Positions 19,398 to 29,052 of a DNA stretch of 64,000 nt are shown in pieces (position 1 is the stretch's first letter; every line of letters starts with the position of its first letter). The stretch spans positions 206,115 through 270,114 of the forward strand of contig JAKAJD010000001.1 of NCBI GenBank assembly GCA_021813945.1, given 5' to 3'. The notes beneath the pieces are model-generated. The model ran no database searches and was not told the origin of the DNA. It saw only the letters and a list, made by a program, of their open reading frames with translations. Origin of the DNA: a bacterium. GTDB lineage: Bacteria; Patescibacteriota; Microgenomatia; Curtissbacterales; GWA2-41-24. The translations under genes and the position numbers were made by a program.

Positions 19398-20393
19398 TTA
19401 GAGGGCGCTTGCCACAAATTCTGGAACAGTCGCCCGGTATCTTTCTATCTCCTCACGACTCATAAGACCGTTTTGTGCCCCAATTGAAGAAATTGCATGA
19501 GCAGAGTTGATAGAACCCCAAACCATAGCCTCACTTAGTTTTTTCCCAAAATTGGTAGCACCAATAAAACCAGCGGAGTATGCGTCACCCGCTCCAGTTT
19601 TCTCGACGACTTCCGTTGGGAAAATACCTAACTGTAGATATTGTTTCCCGTCCGAAGCATAAGATCCGCTATCTCCATTGGTTACAACTACTGTTTTTGG
19701 CCCCAAAAGCAACAGCTTAGAAAGAATATCCCTTATTACTTCTGGTTCCGAATCATCAAGACCCAGAATTTTTCGTGATTCTTCCAAATTAATAATTAAA
19801 ATCTCGCAGCGTTCCAGCACCCGGGGATATTTTTTAATATCGGCCCTAATCTGATAGGTTCCTGGAGCGAAAACAAGTTTTGAACCCGTTCTGTCGACGT
19901 ATCTACAGACCTCGTCCATGATGTTTGTTTTCTCAAAAGTCTCTGCCATAGATGTAAGATAAAGCCAATTAGAAGAAACCAAATCCCTGGGTAATTCATA
20001 ATCCCAATTCTGGTGATAAACAAAAATAGTACGCTCACCCTGATAAGATAAAACCACAGACATATTTGAACTTTTTGTGTCGGATTCAAAAACGTAGTCA
20101 GTTGAAACACCTTTATCAATAAGGGCCTTTCGTATTAACTCACCTTGGGAATCTTTACCTAAGTTTGTATAAATTGCGGATTTAAAACCTAAAATTGAGG
20201 ATCCAACCGCAACGTTTGCAGCATTGCCGGCAACTCCATGGTCAATTGCCTCAACAGGAATTTTACTCCCGTATTTAATACAAATTTTGCAATCTTTGGT
20301 ATTTATATCGCAAAAAACTGAAGCCCCCTCGACTTTAATGTAAGTATCTATCGTTGAATCGCCGACTGCTATGAGGTCAAAAGCCTTATCCAT
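19398..20393 (-). CDS. PfkB family carbohydrate kinase
   Basis: GNAANVA..LG, TGAGDAY (PfkB signature). Confidence 0.88.
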   Translation of the reverse strand: MDKAFDLIAVGDSTIDTYIKVEGASVFCDINTKDCKICIKYGSKIPVEAIDHGVAGNAANVAVGSSILGFKSAIYTNLGKDSQGELIRKALIDKGVSTDYVFESDTKSSNMSVVLSYQGERTIFVYHQNWDYELPRDLVSSNWLYLTSMAETFEKTNIMDEVCRYVDRTGSKLVFAPGTYQIRADIKKYPRVLERCEILIINLEESRKILGLDDSEPEVIRDILSKLLLLGPKTVVVTNGDSGSYASDGKQYLQLGIFPTEVVEKTGAGDAYSAGFIGATNFGKKLSEAMVWGSINSAHAISSIGAQNGLMSREEIERYRATVPEFVASAL

Positions 20394-21029
20394 CTAAATA
20401 GAAAATGTTGGGTGCTCATGGTTGTGATCAGAAGGTTTAAATTCTCTTTTTAAATCTTCAATCGATTTTATTGCGTCCTCTGGGGTATTTACTATCTTAA
20501 AAACCAGACGTTCTTCTGGCCTGATATACATTCCTCGAGTGAAGGCAAAAATTATCTCTTGCCAAAAATCACCAAAAAGAATAAGCGGCTTGTGGTGGCC
20601 AAAATAAAGCCTTGCCAATCCCCACGCCATACCAAATTCGGATATTGTTCCGGTCCCTCCATTAAAAATGATAAAAACTTGCCCAATCTCAAGAAGTTTC
20701 AGCGTTCTCTCTAAATAATTCTTTTCAACAATAAGCTTGTCAACTTTATTACTTTCATCTCTCCCCTCAAAAACAGGTATGTCCTTTGGATAGAAAGTAA
20801 TTCCTATGGTTTTTCCACCTTCACTTTTAGCTCCTAATGTTGAAGCTTTCATGATTCCAGGTCCGGCACCATTGACAACTGTGTAACCATGCTTTGCACA
20901 CAACGCCGCAGTTTTAAATGCGGCCTTAAAAGGGTCGTCAGCCTCCTTTGCATCCGCATATCCCAGAAAAGTTACATTTTTTATGGTTGTTTCCTCGCCA
21001 AAAACAGATCGGATAGGTTTTTTAATCAT
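20394..21029 (-). CDS. LOG family (nucleotide monophosphate nucleosidase-like) protein
   Basis: NGAGPGIM, GGTGTISE, KPLIL. Confidence 0.8.
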   Translation of the reverse strand: MIKKPIRSVFGEETTIKNVTFLGYADAKEADDPFKAAFKTAALCAKHGYTVVNGAGPGIMKASTLGAKSEGGKTIGITFYPKDIPVFEGRDESNKVDKLIVEKNYLERTLKLLEIGQVFIIFNGGTGTISEFGMAWGLARLYFGHHKPLILFGDFWQEIIFAFTRGMYIRPEERLVFKIVNTPEDAIKSIEDLKREFKPSDHNHEHPTFSI

Positions 21030-21053
21030 TTATCTTGAAGGGTCTTACAACTA

Positions 21054-21698
21054 TTATCGTTTAACCTTGGCAAGCTTATCAAGCTTCTCATAAGCAACAA
21101 CATAATCAGGAGCGTTGTGAAGTGCGGATGTTGCAACAAGGAAATCCGCACCTGCTTTTGCTAAAAGTGGCGCCGTATCAAAGTTAACACCAATATCAAT
21201 TTCGACTGGAAGATAAGGTTCAAGCAACTTTGATTCTTTGATCCTTCTATAAACAGGCTCTTGCAGCTTTTTTCCTGAAAAACCTGGGCTTGCTGAAAAT
21301 ATGCACAGCAGATCAAGATTTTCAGAAAAACCTATTATTGTTTCAACTGATGTCTCTGGATTGATTGAGAGACCGACTTGCTTGTCCATGCTCTTTACTT
21401 TGTAGATGTTTTCCAGAACATTTTCTTTAGTTTCGTAAGGAAAAATTATTCTCGAAACAAAATCTATATCAGCCAGTTTGGCGATGTGGCTCGATGGGTC
21501 TTTAACCATGAGCTGGACTTCCAACATAGAATTTGAGGGATATTTTTTTATTGTGTCGACACCCACAGTATGATTCGGAGCAAAAAAGCCATCTATAACA
21601 TCTACTTGAATAAGATCAGATACGTGTTCTGCCCGCCTTAATCTAGCAACATAATCGTTTTCGTCGTTAGTTAATATTCCAGGAACAATTTTTGCCAT
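21054..21698 (-). CDS. rpe: ribulose-phosphate 3-epimerase homolog (divergent)
   Basis: QVDVIDG.F.PN, QLMV, GLSINPET, PGFSG, AGADFLV. The canonical metal-binding His residues are replaced by Gln. Confidence 0.75.
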   Translation of the reverse strand: MAKIVPGILTNDENDYVARLRRAEHVSDLIQVDVIDGFFAPNHTVGVDTIKKYPSNSMLEVQLMVKDPSSHIAKLADIDFVSRIIFPYETKENVLENIYKVKSMDKQVGLSINPETSVETIIGFSENLDLLCIFSASPGFSGKKLQEPVYRRIKESKLLEPYLPVEIDIGVNFDTAPLLAKAGADFLVATSALHNAPDYVVAYEKLDKLAKVKR

Positions 21699-21707
21699 AT
21701 TTAGATT

Positions 21708-23054
21708 CTAGTATAAATCATGATATTCACCCATTTGCGGAATAATAACTTGCTTTCCAAGTTCCAATTTAATTTTTCCAGCAAGAGTTAGTTGTTGATC
21801 AACCTCTCCGTGTGTTAAAAAAATTCTTTTAACATTTTTTGAATAAGATAACCAGTCAATAAGCTGGGGCATGTCTGCGTGGGCGCTATACGATCCAATC
21901 GATTTAACTTGAGCGTTAACAACAACTTTTTTACCGTAAATTTTAACTTCTCTGTGCCCTTCGAAAATTCTTCTCCCTAAAGTTCCCTGCGCTTGATACC
22001 CCACAATAAGAATGCTGTTTTTGCCATCTTCTGCAAAATTTAAAAGGTGATGAAGTATCCTACCGCCATTCATCATTCCCGACCCGGCAATAATCACTTT
22101 GGGATTTGGCGCAAGTTCAATTTGTTTGGATTCTTCAACCGTGTTTGTCAAATGGATTCTTTCAAGGCCAAAAAAATTATTATCCCTATGGCTTTTTCGA
22201 ATAGTTGAGCTTAAATATTCCGGATATTTGCTAAATAGAGCAGTTGCCTTTTGGGCCAGAGGGCTATCAAGGTAAAAAGTTGGTTTTTCGCAGCCCTCTA
22301 TAGAGCAGAAATCCTCAATATCGTGCAGAAGCTCTTGGGTCCTCTCTATCGCAAAACTTGGGATCATCAAAACGCCATTTTGCCGTGTGGTATTATTAAT
22401 AATTTCAGCCAGTTTAGTCTTTCTCTTGGCCACATCCTCGTGAATTCTTCCGCCGTATGTACTCTCACAGATAATGTAATCGGCGGAAGTAATGTGCTCT
22501 GGAGGATTTAAAAGTAGTGAAGGTACATTGCCAAGGTCGCTCGTATAGGTAAGGCAAATACCGTCGGCTTCTAAAACGGCAAAAGCCGAACCGAGTATAT
22601 GGCCTGCATTTTTGAGAGTTAATTTAATGCCTGGTGAAACTTCGACAGTTTCATCGTAAGATATAGTTTCAAAAAGCTCTAAAATTCGCTCAATATCACC
22701 CTTTTCATAAAGAGGTTGAACATTTTCTCGCTCAGCTTTTTCTTCCATTAGCTTTTCACTATCGTCTAGAACTAGCTCGGCTAGTTCTTTTGTGGGAGCA
22801 GTTGCAAAAATCTTACCTCTAAACCCCTCTCTGGCAAGCTTTGGCAGCCTACCGGTATGGTCTAAGTGGGCATGGCAAACAATGACAAAATCAATCTTTG
22901 AAGCATCGTAAGGAAAAGGAGAATAGTTTCTTTCTTCGCTTGATTTTGAACCCTGAAAAAGGCCACAATCAAAAAGAATCAGCTTCCCGGCTGATTCAAT
23001 AAGGAAATTCGACCCTGTAACTTCACGAGTTCCACCAAAAAAAGATATCCGCAC
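21708..23054 (-). CDS. MBL-fold beta-CASP ribonuclease
   Basis: GGTREVTGS, HAHLDHTG, AGHILGS, ESTYG, SAHAD, THGE. Start revised to GTG 23054. Confidence 0.9.
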   Translation of the reverse strand: MRISFFGGTREVTGSNFLIESAGKLILFDCGLFQGSKSSEERNYSPFPYDASKIDFVIVCHAHLDHTGRLPKLAREGFRGKIFATAPTKELAELVLDDSEKLMEEKAERENVQPLYEKGDIERILELFETISYDETVEVSPGIKLTLKNAGHILGSAFAVLEADGICLTYTSDLGNVPSLLLNPPEHITSADYIICESTYGGRIHEDVAKRKTKLAEIINNTTRQNGVLMIPSFAIERTQELLHDIEDFCSIEGCEKPTFYLDSPLAQKATALFSKYPEYLSSTIRKSHRDNNFFGLERIHLTNTVEESKQIELAPNPKVIIAGSGMMNGGRILHHLLNFAEDGKNSILIVGYQAQGTLGRRIFEGHREVKIYGKKVVVNAQVKSIGSYSAHADMPQLIDWLSYSKNVKRIFLTHGEVDQQLTLAGKIKLELGKQVIIPQMGEYHDLY

Positions 23055-23107
23055 AATTTTAGTATTAAACAAAAAATTGTCTAAGTAAAGTAAAATATGT
23101 TTTGGAA

Positions 23108-23953
23108 ATGAAAAAACTAGCTTACATCGCCATTTATATAACAATAATTGCAGTTGTCGCAGCGCACGTTTTCCCGAAAAGCATAAGTCTCGACAATATT
23201 CTTCATAAATCCCCTTGCGACAAACCAAGTACCTACAGCATTGGTTTTATTGATGACCGTTTCAATATTACACAAGATCAATTTAAATCAGATGTCCAAG
23301 ATGCAGCCAACATCTGGAATAAGGCTGAAGGAAAACAGCTTCTAGTTTATGACCCGCAAGGCAAATTGCAAATTAATATGATCTACGACGAAAGACAGGC
23401 ATTAACCAGTCAGATCAATAACCTAGAAGGTAATCTCCAGGGTGGAAAACAAGCCTTACAACCGCAAATAGACGAGTACAACAAACTTGTGGCAGATTTT
23501 AAATCGCGAATCGATAGCCTGAACAGCCAAATTGACTATTGGAACTCACGAGGAGGGGCCCCTCCCGATGAATACAACAAGCTTATCCAAAAGCAGCAAG
23601 ATCTGCAGAAAGAATCAGACAGCATCAATGCGCTTGCCCAAAAGCTCAACTTACAAACCGCAAATTATAACAGCCAGGTTAAAAATCTTAATCAAAAGAT
23701 CGAATCTTTTAATCAGCAGCTTGCCCAAAAACCAGAAGAAGGACTCTATATTGGACAGGAAAATAGAATCGAAATATATTTCAATAGCACTAAAAATGAA
23801 CTGGAGCATACATTAGCCCACGAATTAGGGCATGCACTTGGAATAGACCACAACGAAGACCAAAACTCGATAATGTATCCTTACACTACGGAATCACTAA
23901 AGCCAACTCAAAGCGACATAAACGCGCTTAACGCCATTTGCAAAAATCAATAA
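23108..23953 (+). CDS. membrane-anchored matrixin (M10-like) metalloprotease with coiled-coil insert
   Basis: N-terminal TM, Q/N-rich heptads, HELGHALGIDH and Met-turn SIMYP. Confidence 0.82.
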   Translation: MKKLAYIAIYITIIAVVAAHVFPKSISLDNILHKSPCDKPSTYSIGFIDDRFNITQDQFKSDVQDAANIWNKAEGKQLLVYDPQGKLQINMIYDERQALTSQINNLEGNLQGGKQALQPQIDEYNKLVADFKSRIDSLNSQIDYWNSRGGAPPDEYNKLIQKQQDLQKESDSINALAQKLNLQTANYNSQVKNLNQKIESFNQQLAQKPEEGLYIGQENRIEIYFNSTKNELEHTLAHELGHALGIDHNEDQNSIMYPYTTESLKPTQSDINALNAICKNQ

Positions 23954-23961
23954 CAGAAAAA

Positions 23962-24213
23962 TTAATTAATTCCCAAAACGGAATCAAGTCTCACCTTGTC
24001 GAATCCTAAAATTTTATCAACTGAGCCATCATCTTTTGTGATGACAGTAAAAGGGACCCCCAACTGACCGGAAAGTTCAATCATCTTTTGGGCTTCTTCA
24101 GGGTTTTCATCAACGAGTATTTCCGAAAAATCTATATTTTTGGATTTGAGATACTCTTTTTGCATTTTGCAAAATGGGCAAGTCGTTGTTGTATAAATCG
24201 TTATTTTTGGCAT
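23962..24213 (-). CDS. glutaredoxin / NrdH-like redoxin
   Basis: CPFC, GVP, ILGFD. Confidence 0.9.
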   Translation of the reverse strand: MPKITIYTTTTCPFCKMQKEYLKSKNIDFSEILVDENPEEAQKMIELSGQLGVPFTVITKDDGSVDKILGFDKVRLDSVLGIN

Positions 24214-24266
24214 TTGAAAGATTATATAAAAAAGCAGCTAATTATTCTATTTGCTAAAATTGACTA

Positions 24267-24899
24267 ATGTCCAGAGAAGGCCAAACCTTAACAACAATAG
24301 CCCTTATTTTTTTTGGACTATTTATTACATTTACTGTAATTGTTGGCTTAAGCTTGTTCAGCACGATAGATATACAGAGCACTGTCTATCTTCAAAACAT
24401 AGTGCCTCATTTTTTAGACCTGCCATTTTCCTTTTTAAGCTTTCTTGGATCATTTGAGGTAACTTTTGCAGTGTTGGTGGCAATTATAGTTACAAAGTAT
24501 GCAAAAAATTCGCGTCAAGCAATCTACACAATCATAGCCTTCTTGATTGGGACAATTGCCGAGCTCAGCGGTAAGTTGTACTTATTCCACCCATCGCCAC
24601 CTAAATTGTTTTTCCGCCATGTCGATATATTGTTTCCAACCACTTATGTTCATACAAATTATTCTTACCCCTCAGGGCATATGTTTAGAACAACATTTTT
24701 AATAGTGTTATTCATTTATTATTTATCCGGTTCAAAGAAAAAAATTTATCCAATAATTCTTCTTATAGTAATATTATTTTTAATGGCTTCGTCAAGAATT
24801 TATCTTGGTGAACACTGGTTAAGTGATGTAATTGGAGGAATACTTCTTGGAACTTTTTTTGGAATAACGCTCATCAATGTTGTAAACCGAACAAACTAA
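24267..24899 (+). CDS. PAP2 family membrane phosphatase
   Basis: SYPSGH and SRIYLGEHWLSDVIGG. Confidence 0.88.
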   Translation: MSREGQTLTTIALIFFGLFITFTVIVGLSLFSTIDIQSTVYLQNIVPHFLDLPFSFLSFLGSFEVTFAVLVAIIVTKYAKNSRQAIYTIIAFLIGTIAELSGKLYLFHPSPPKLFFRHVDILFPTTYVHTNYSYPSGHMFRTTFLIVLFIYYLSGSKKKIYPIILLIVILFLMASSRIYLGEHWLSDVIGGILLGTFFGITLINVVNRTN

Positions 24900-24902
24900 T
24901 TT

Positions 24903-26822
24903 GTGCACAAAAAGATAGATTTACTTTTGATTGCATTTTTACTTATTCTATCTATTTTTTTCATTAGCTCGCATATTGCACCGGGGTCAACTGATGCATA
25001 TTGGCATCTTGCCGTAGGTCGGCAAGTTTGGCAAGAAAAAAAAGTAGTGCAGGAAGACAAATTCATTTATGGGTCCCAAAATCATTACTTTACATCTGTA
25101 GAATGGTTGTCAGGCCTAATAACGTATGCACTTGTGAAAACAGCAAGTGTCAATTCAATTTATGTCTTGAGAGTTTCAATCGGCCTAGCCATTTTGCTTA
25201 TCGTTTATTCAACAAATCAACTATTCAATTTAAAAAAAAGCTTGAACTATGCGGCGATTTTGCTATTAGCGTACGTTTTGCCTTCAAGGTTAAGCCTCGA
25301 TCGTCCAGAAAATTTCAGCTTGCTTTTTGTCGCAGCCATCAACTTCTTTGGCTTTTACTATCTGACAAGGCGCAAAATTACATACTTTTTTTTAACTCTT
25401 CCAGTAATATTCTTGTTGTGGCCAAATCTGCACGTATATGTGCCAATAGGCATATTTTTATTGGTTGCCTGGCTTTTAATTTATTTTCTGTCTTTTCTGG
25501 AAGATCACACAAAAATAGCGGAATTAAGATCCATATCGATAATAGTGTCCCTTTCCGCCCTAATGGCCGTTATTCAGTTTAGACGATTCATTTTCTTTTT
25601 ATTCACACCGTCTTTTGCGAAGTTTAGCGTTGGCGAGCAAGTTTCAATATTTTCAAGATTAAACGAAATAAAAATAAACTTTTTAAACCAAGTGCCGTTC
25701 GAAATATACGTCTACTTTTTTGTCTCGGTAGTATTTTTTATTATCAGCACAATTTTTATTTTGAAGAAAAATTTTAAGCTCAGCAACTTGTGCGTTCTTC
25801 TAATGGGGGCCTTTATTACAATACTCCCTGCAATATATTTTAGGCTTATAGCCTTGGAGAGTATTCTTGTTATACCAGTCGCCCTTTATCTCTTGTCCTT
25901 AACGGGCCTGAAAGATAAAACGGTCACCTACATATCAAATTCAGTTTTAGCCTTTTTGACATTTATTATTTTGATCTCAATATTTATTGGCCACCCTCTA
26001 GGGTGGAGGCAGTATTGGCGTTATTATCAAAACAATCAAGGAGACTACATCGGGGTTAGAAATTTTTCATGGACTGCTCAATTTCCAAAAAGCATTTCAG
26101 AAAATATAAACAAAAATTTATATTCAAAAAGAATTATAACTTCTAAAATCTGGAGCAACTATTTAATTTGGATGCTGCCTGGCGTTAAAACATTTTCTGA
26201 TGCCCAGTGGACATTTAGAACAGAAGATGATTTTAAAGATGAACAGAATTTAAACGGCGGAACAAATAACTGGGAAGAGCTATTAAAAAAATATAACATA
26301 GACACAGTCGTAAATAGCCAGTATGATTCAATAATTGACAACTTTACACCTGTATACCAATTGCCAAATTGGAAGTTGGCTTATGTTGACAGCAATGCTG
26401 TGATTTATGCGCGCAATGATGTTATAAAAAATCTTCCAGTTAATTTATCCAAAATCCACCCAGAGCAAGCCTACATTCCCTTCAATTTATCTTTTGATCC
26501 TAAAGACGAAGAAGCAGCAAATCAGCTGAGAGCCTTACTGCGTTATGATGACAAAAATTCCTTTGCAAGATCACAATTAATTTTATATGAGATGAATTAT
26601 CAAAACGATTTGGAAAATGCAAAAAAATTAACATTAGAATCGAAGTTATTAATTCCACAAGACCCTATATTTAGCTATTTCATGACAGCAATTTACGCAA
26701 GAGAAAATAAATGTGACCTTGCATTAAGCTTTGCCAAAGAAATGAAGCAAAAGAGCTTCGGCGACATTAACTTCTCTCAAGCCGCAAACACGGAACTTGC
26801 AAAATGCCAAAAAGCGATATAA
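24903..26822 (+). CDS. polytopic membrane protein, GT-C-like, with helical C-terminus
   Basis: D.YWHLAVG..EWL, RPE, WPNLH, many TM segments. Confidence 0.6.
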   Translation: MHKKIDLLLIAFLLILSIFFISSHIAPGSTDAYWHLAVGRQVWQEKKVVQEDKFIYGSQNHYFTSVEWLSGLITYALVKTASVNSIYVLRVSIGLAILLIVYSTNQLFNLKKSLNYAAILLLAYVLPSRLSLDRPENFSLLFVAAINFFGFYYLTRRKITYFFLTLPVIFLLWPNLHVYVPIGIFLLVAWLLIYFLSFLEDHTKIAELRSISIIVSLSALMAVIQFRRFIFFLFTPSFAKFSVGEQVSIFSRLNEIKINFLNQVPFEIYVYFFVSVVFFIISTIFILKKNFKLSNLCVLLMGAFITILPAIYFRLIALESILVIPVALYLLSLTGLKDKTVTYISNSVLAFLTFIILISIFIGHPLGWRQYWRYYQNNQGDYIGVRNFSWTAQFPKSISENINKNLYSKRIITSKIWSNYLIWMLPGVKTFSDAQWTFRTEDDFKDEQNLNGGTNNWEELLKKYNIDTVVNSQYDSIIDNFTPVYQLPNWKLAYVDSNAVIYARNDVIKNLPVNLSKIHPEQAYIPFNLSFDPKDEEAANQLRALLRYDDKNSFARSQLILYEMNYQNDLENAKKLTLESKLLIPQDPIFSYFMTAIYARENKCDLALSFAKEMKQKSFGDINFSQAANTELAKCQKAI

Positions 26823-26826
26823 ATAT

Positions 26827-27225
26827 CTACAATAAATCTTGAGTAACTCTATAATTCGAATCTAATTTAAGTTGTCTTGCCGTTTTATGTAAAGCTGCCA
26901 CTGTGTGATATGCAGAGGTACCAAAAGCAAAGAATCCGCCTGCTTTAAGTACTTTGCCTCTTAAGTGATCAGTTTTAGTTCTCAGAAGTTTTCTGGATAT
27001 AAGGCCAGACAAAGCAGCAACGGCGATGTTTGTGTCGCGACACGCCCGGTTACTACTTCTAAAATGCTCAAGCCGTAAACCTTCAAAAACTGTACCGCTT
27101 TTCAGTTCTTGCAAACAATCTTGTAAATGAAGGCGTGGGAAAATAACTGAATTTAAAACTTCAATTCCATCTATGCTTTTTTTATCAACCGGTCTTCCAT
27201 GGGTGGCTGGCTCAACTTCAATCAT
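26827..27225 (-). CDS. hypothetical protein (ORFan)
   Basis: 132-aa ORF filling the gap, with TGgTATAAT-6nt-ATG upstream. Confidence 0.55.
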   Translation of the reverse strand: MIEVEPATHGRPVDKKSIDGIEVLNSVIFPRLHLQDCLQELKSGTVFEGLRLEHFRSSNRACRDTNIAVAALSGLISRKLLRTKTDHLRGKVLKAGGFFAFGTSAYHTVAALHKTARQLKLDSNYRVTQDLL

Positions 27226-27252
27226 TCGAAAATTATACCAAAATGCTCTTGC

Positions 27253-27410
27253 ACCTCGAACTACGATAATCAGAATTTGAAATTTAGGTCAAAAACGTCA
27301 GCAACTGGCTTGAAAACGGTAAAGATGTTTTTGTCTATTTTAACAATGACGCAATGGGTTACGCCCCCAAAAACGCCCAAGATCTAAAAGGACTAGTTGG
27401 TTTGAGCTAA
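27253..27410 (+). pseudogene. C-terminal remnant of a DUF72 (YecE-like) gene with a frameshift
   Basis: TSNYDNQNLKF.SK / 1-nt slip in an A-run / VSNWLENGKDVFVYFNNDAMGYAPKNAQDLK*. Matches the DUF72 VYFNND..G.AP.NA motif. No 5' part is present. Confidence 0.7.
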
Positions 27411-27469
27411 AAGATTCCAGAATATGAGCTCACCATTACCAAAAGACGAATCACAGAAACTCAAACGAA

Positions 27470-27979
27470 TTATTCTTTATATGGGCCAAATTCCAAATCG
27501 CCAGCTAAAATAGACCTCATAATACCAACCCCGTTAAGTGAAGATAGGCCTCTAGGAATTGAGCGTTCTGTGTTTATTAAATTTAGATCATGAGCAATTC
27601 TTAAAAATTCTCTATCTGGATTACGAGTGAAATCTAAATGTCCGGGCTGGCTCGTAAGTCGTAATATCATCAAATCAACGAGTAGTAACCCAGCATCGAT
27701 GTCATCCACAATGGATACTCGTTTGAGCATAGACCTGACAAGTGCATCGGGATACTCTCTTCTAGTCAGACACACGCTCTTTGAAGCTTCACGCAAAGAT
27801 TTAATTTGAGAAGTGAATGGGTGAAACTTTTCCGCTGCATCACGCCAAAGCTGTTCTCTTGACTCAAAATCATTTGAGGGGTCCATGCCTGCTAATTGGT
27901 CATCAATGTAAAGCTGCAAGATCTCTTGGGCGGCTGTTGGTAGCAATGCAAGTTCTTCTGGTGTCAAATCTCGTTCCAT
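27470..27979 (-). CDS. hypothetical protein (ORFan)
   Basis: 169-aa ORF with TATAAT upstream. No recognisable motif. Confidence 0.6.
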   Translation of the reverse strand: MERDLTPEELALLPTAAQEILQLYIDDQLAGMDPSNDFESREQLWRDAAEKFHPFTSQIKSLREASKSVCLTRREYPDALVRSMLKRVSIVDDIDAGLLLVDLMILRLTSQPGHLDFTRNPDREFLRIAHDLNLINTERSIPRGLSSLNGVGIMRSILAGDLEFGPYKE

Positions 27980-28033
27980 ATTGGGCTGGAATTATACAAA
28001 AGATCAGAAGATAAATCAACTATAGGTCTTAAG

Positions 28034-28105
28034 TGGCTCCACGGGGAATCGAACCCCGCTTTGGACCTTGAAAGGGTCCCGTCCTAACCGATAGACGATG
28101 GAGCC
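28034..28105 (-). tRNA. tRNA-Glu (TTC)
   Basis: GGCTCCA/TGGAGCC acceptor stem, GGACC-CT-TTC-AA-GGTCC anticodon arm, GTTCGATTC T-loop. CCA not encoded. Confidence 0.95.
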
Positions 28106-28185
28106 AAATTTAGCTAGCAAATTTTACCACAAAACATCCACAAATTACCCCCTCAAACAGATCATCTATCGCTTGAGGCCAGAGC

Positions 28186-28854
28186 CTATTTCCTAAATTT
28201 CTCCAACAAGGCTTCGAGTAATGATTTCGCTGTTCCTTGGCCGCCGAGACCAAAAGCGAGTCCTCCGGCTAGTGCCAGCATCGCCACTAATCCACCGAAA
28301 AGAATTCTCAAAAGCTCTTGCGCAACGCCAAGCTGGTGCAAAACCAAAAAGGCCACAAAAACTATTACCGACCATTCGGCAACAAGCCCAACCGTGTTAG
28401 ATACTTGCTTGCCTAATGACTGACTTGCACTTTTTGCAAGCCTGTAACCCAATCTTGAGAATGCAAGACCTACCATGGCAACAATTACCGCAACAATCAC
28501 ATTTGGAATGTAAAGGATGACCCGGTTTAAAACTGTGTTAACCGCATCCAACCTCCATGCCTGAAGCGTTGGTACCAAAAAGACAATAATAATTGTCCAT
28601 CGGGAAAGCTCAGCTAAAATCTCACTCCACTCTATGTCTTTACCTTCAAGCTTAGTCACTCCATACCTTGCTAAAAACTTTTCAAGCTGGATCATCTTTA
28701 AAAGCCCGAAAACCACACGGTAGACGACAGCTGCTATCACAAGACCAACTATTAAAATAATCAAACCACCTATAAAGCCAGGTATAAAATTAATAAAAGC
28801 TGCAATGGACTTTAAAACGGCCGAAGAAACTGCTGTAGACAAATCGTTTATCAC
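28186..28854 (-). CDS. TM-helix repeat membrane protein (CmpX / MscS-associated type)
   Basis: FIP..IGGLIIL and YIPNVIVA repeats, GLAFGLGG. Strong SD AGGAGGTGA before GTG. Confidence 0.78.
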   Translation of the reverse strand: MINDLSTAVSSAVLKSIAAFINFIPGFIGGLIILIVGLVIAAVVYRVVFGLLKMIQLEKFLARYGVTKLEGKDIEWSEILAELSRWTIIIVFLVPTLQAWRLDAVNTVLNRVILYIPNVIVAVIVAMVGLAFSRLGYRLAKSASQSLGKQVSNTVGLVAEWSVIVFVAFLVLHQLGVAQELLRILFGGLVAMLALAGGLAFGLGGQGTAKSLLEALLEKFRK

Positions 28855-28945
28855 AAATTCTCACCTCCTCCCTATTTCAGCTACACCTCCATTTAAAGAG
28901 ATGTATATGAAAAAAGCAAGTGAAAATAATTTTGGATAGCCAAAT

Positions 28946-28995
28946 TTTGTGACCCGCACAGGATGAAAACGTTTTGCTTCGCAAAATGCGAACCT
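28946..28995 (-). repeat. duplicated tRNA-Lys 3' end with hairpin inserted in the T-loop
   Basis: TTTGTGACCCGCACAGGAT at 28946-28964 is identical to 29046-29064. It is followed by a 24-nt insert and then CGAACCT. Confidence 0.8.
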
Positions 28996-29014
28996 AGGGG
29001 TTCAACTGGAGAAA

Positions 29015-29052
29015 TCACAAACAATTTTGACCAGAGCCAAAATCATTTGTGA
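29015..29052 (-). terminator. long hairpin / probable intrinsic terminator after tRNA-Lys
   Basis: Minus strand TCACAAATGATTTTGGC-TCTG-GTCAAAATTGTTTGTGA (17 bp with G-U pairs), followed by TTTCT. Confidence 0.6.

Noticed and set aside
23055-23228. Extended start of the beta-CASP ORF (likewise 1642, 3172, 9530, 19417, 47738, 55671, 58435)
   Set aside because: The extensions overlap neighbouring genes or promoters and lack family similarity. Downstream starts match homolog N-termini.
28881-28892. Three-codon uORF ATG-GAG-GTG-TAG / second SD-like GGAGGTG upstream of the TM-helix gene
   Set aside because: Too short to distinguish from chance, and no convincing promoter geometry.
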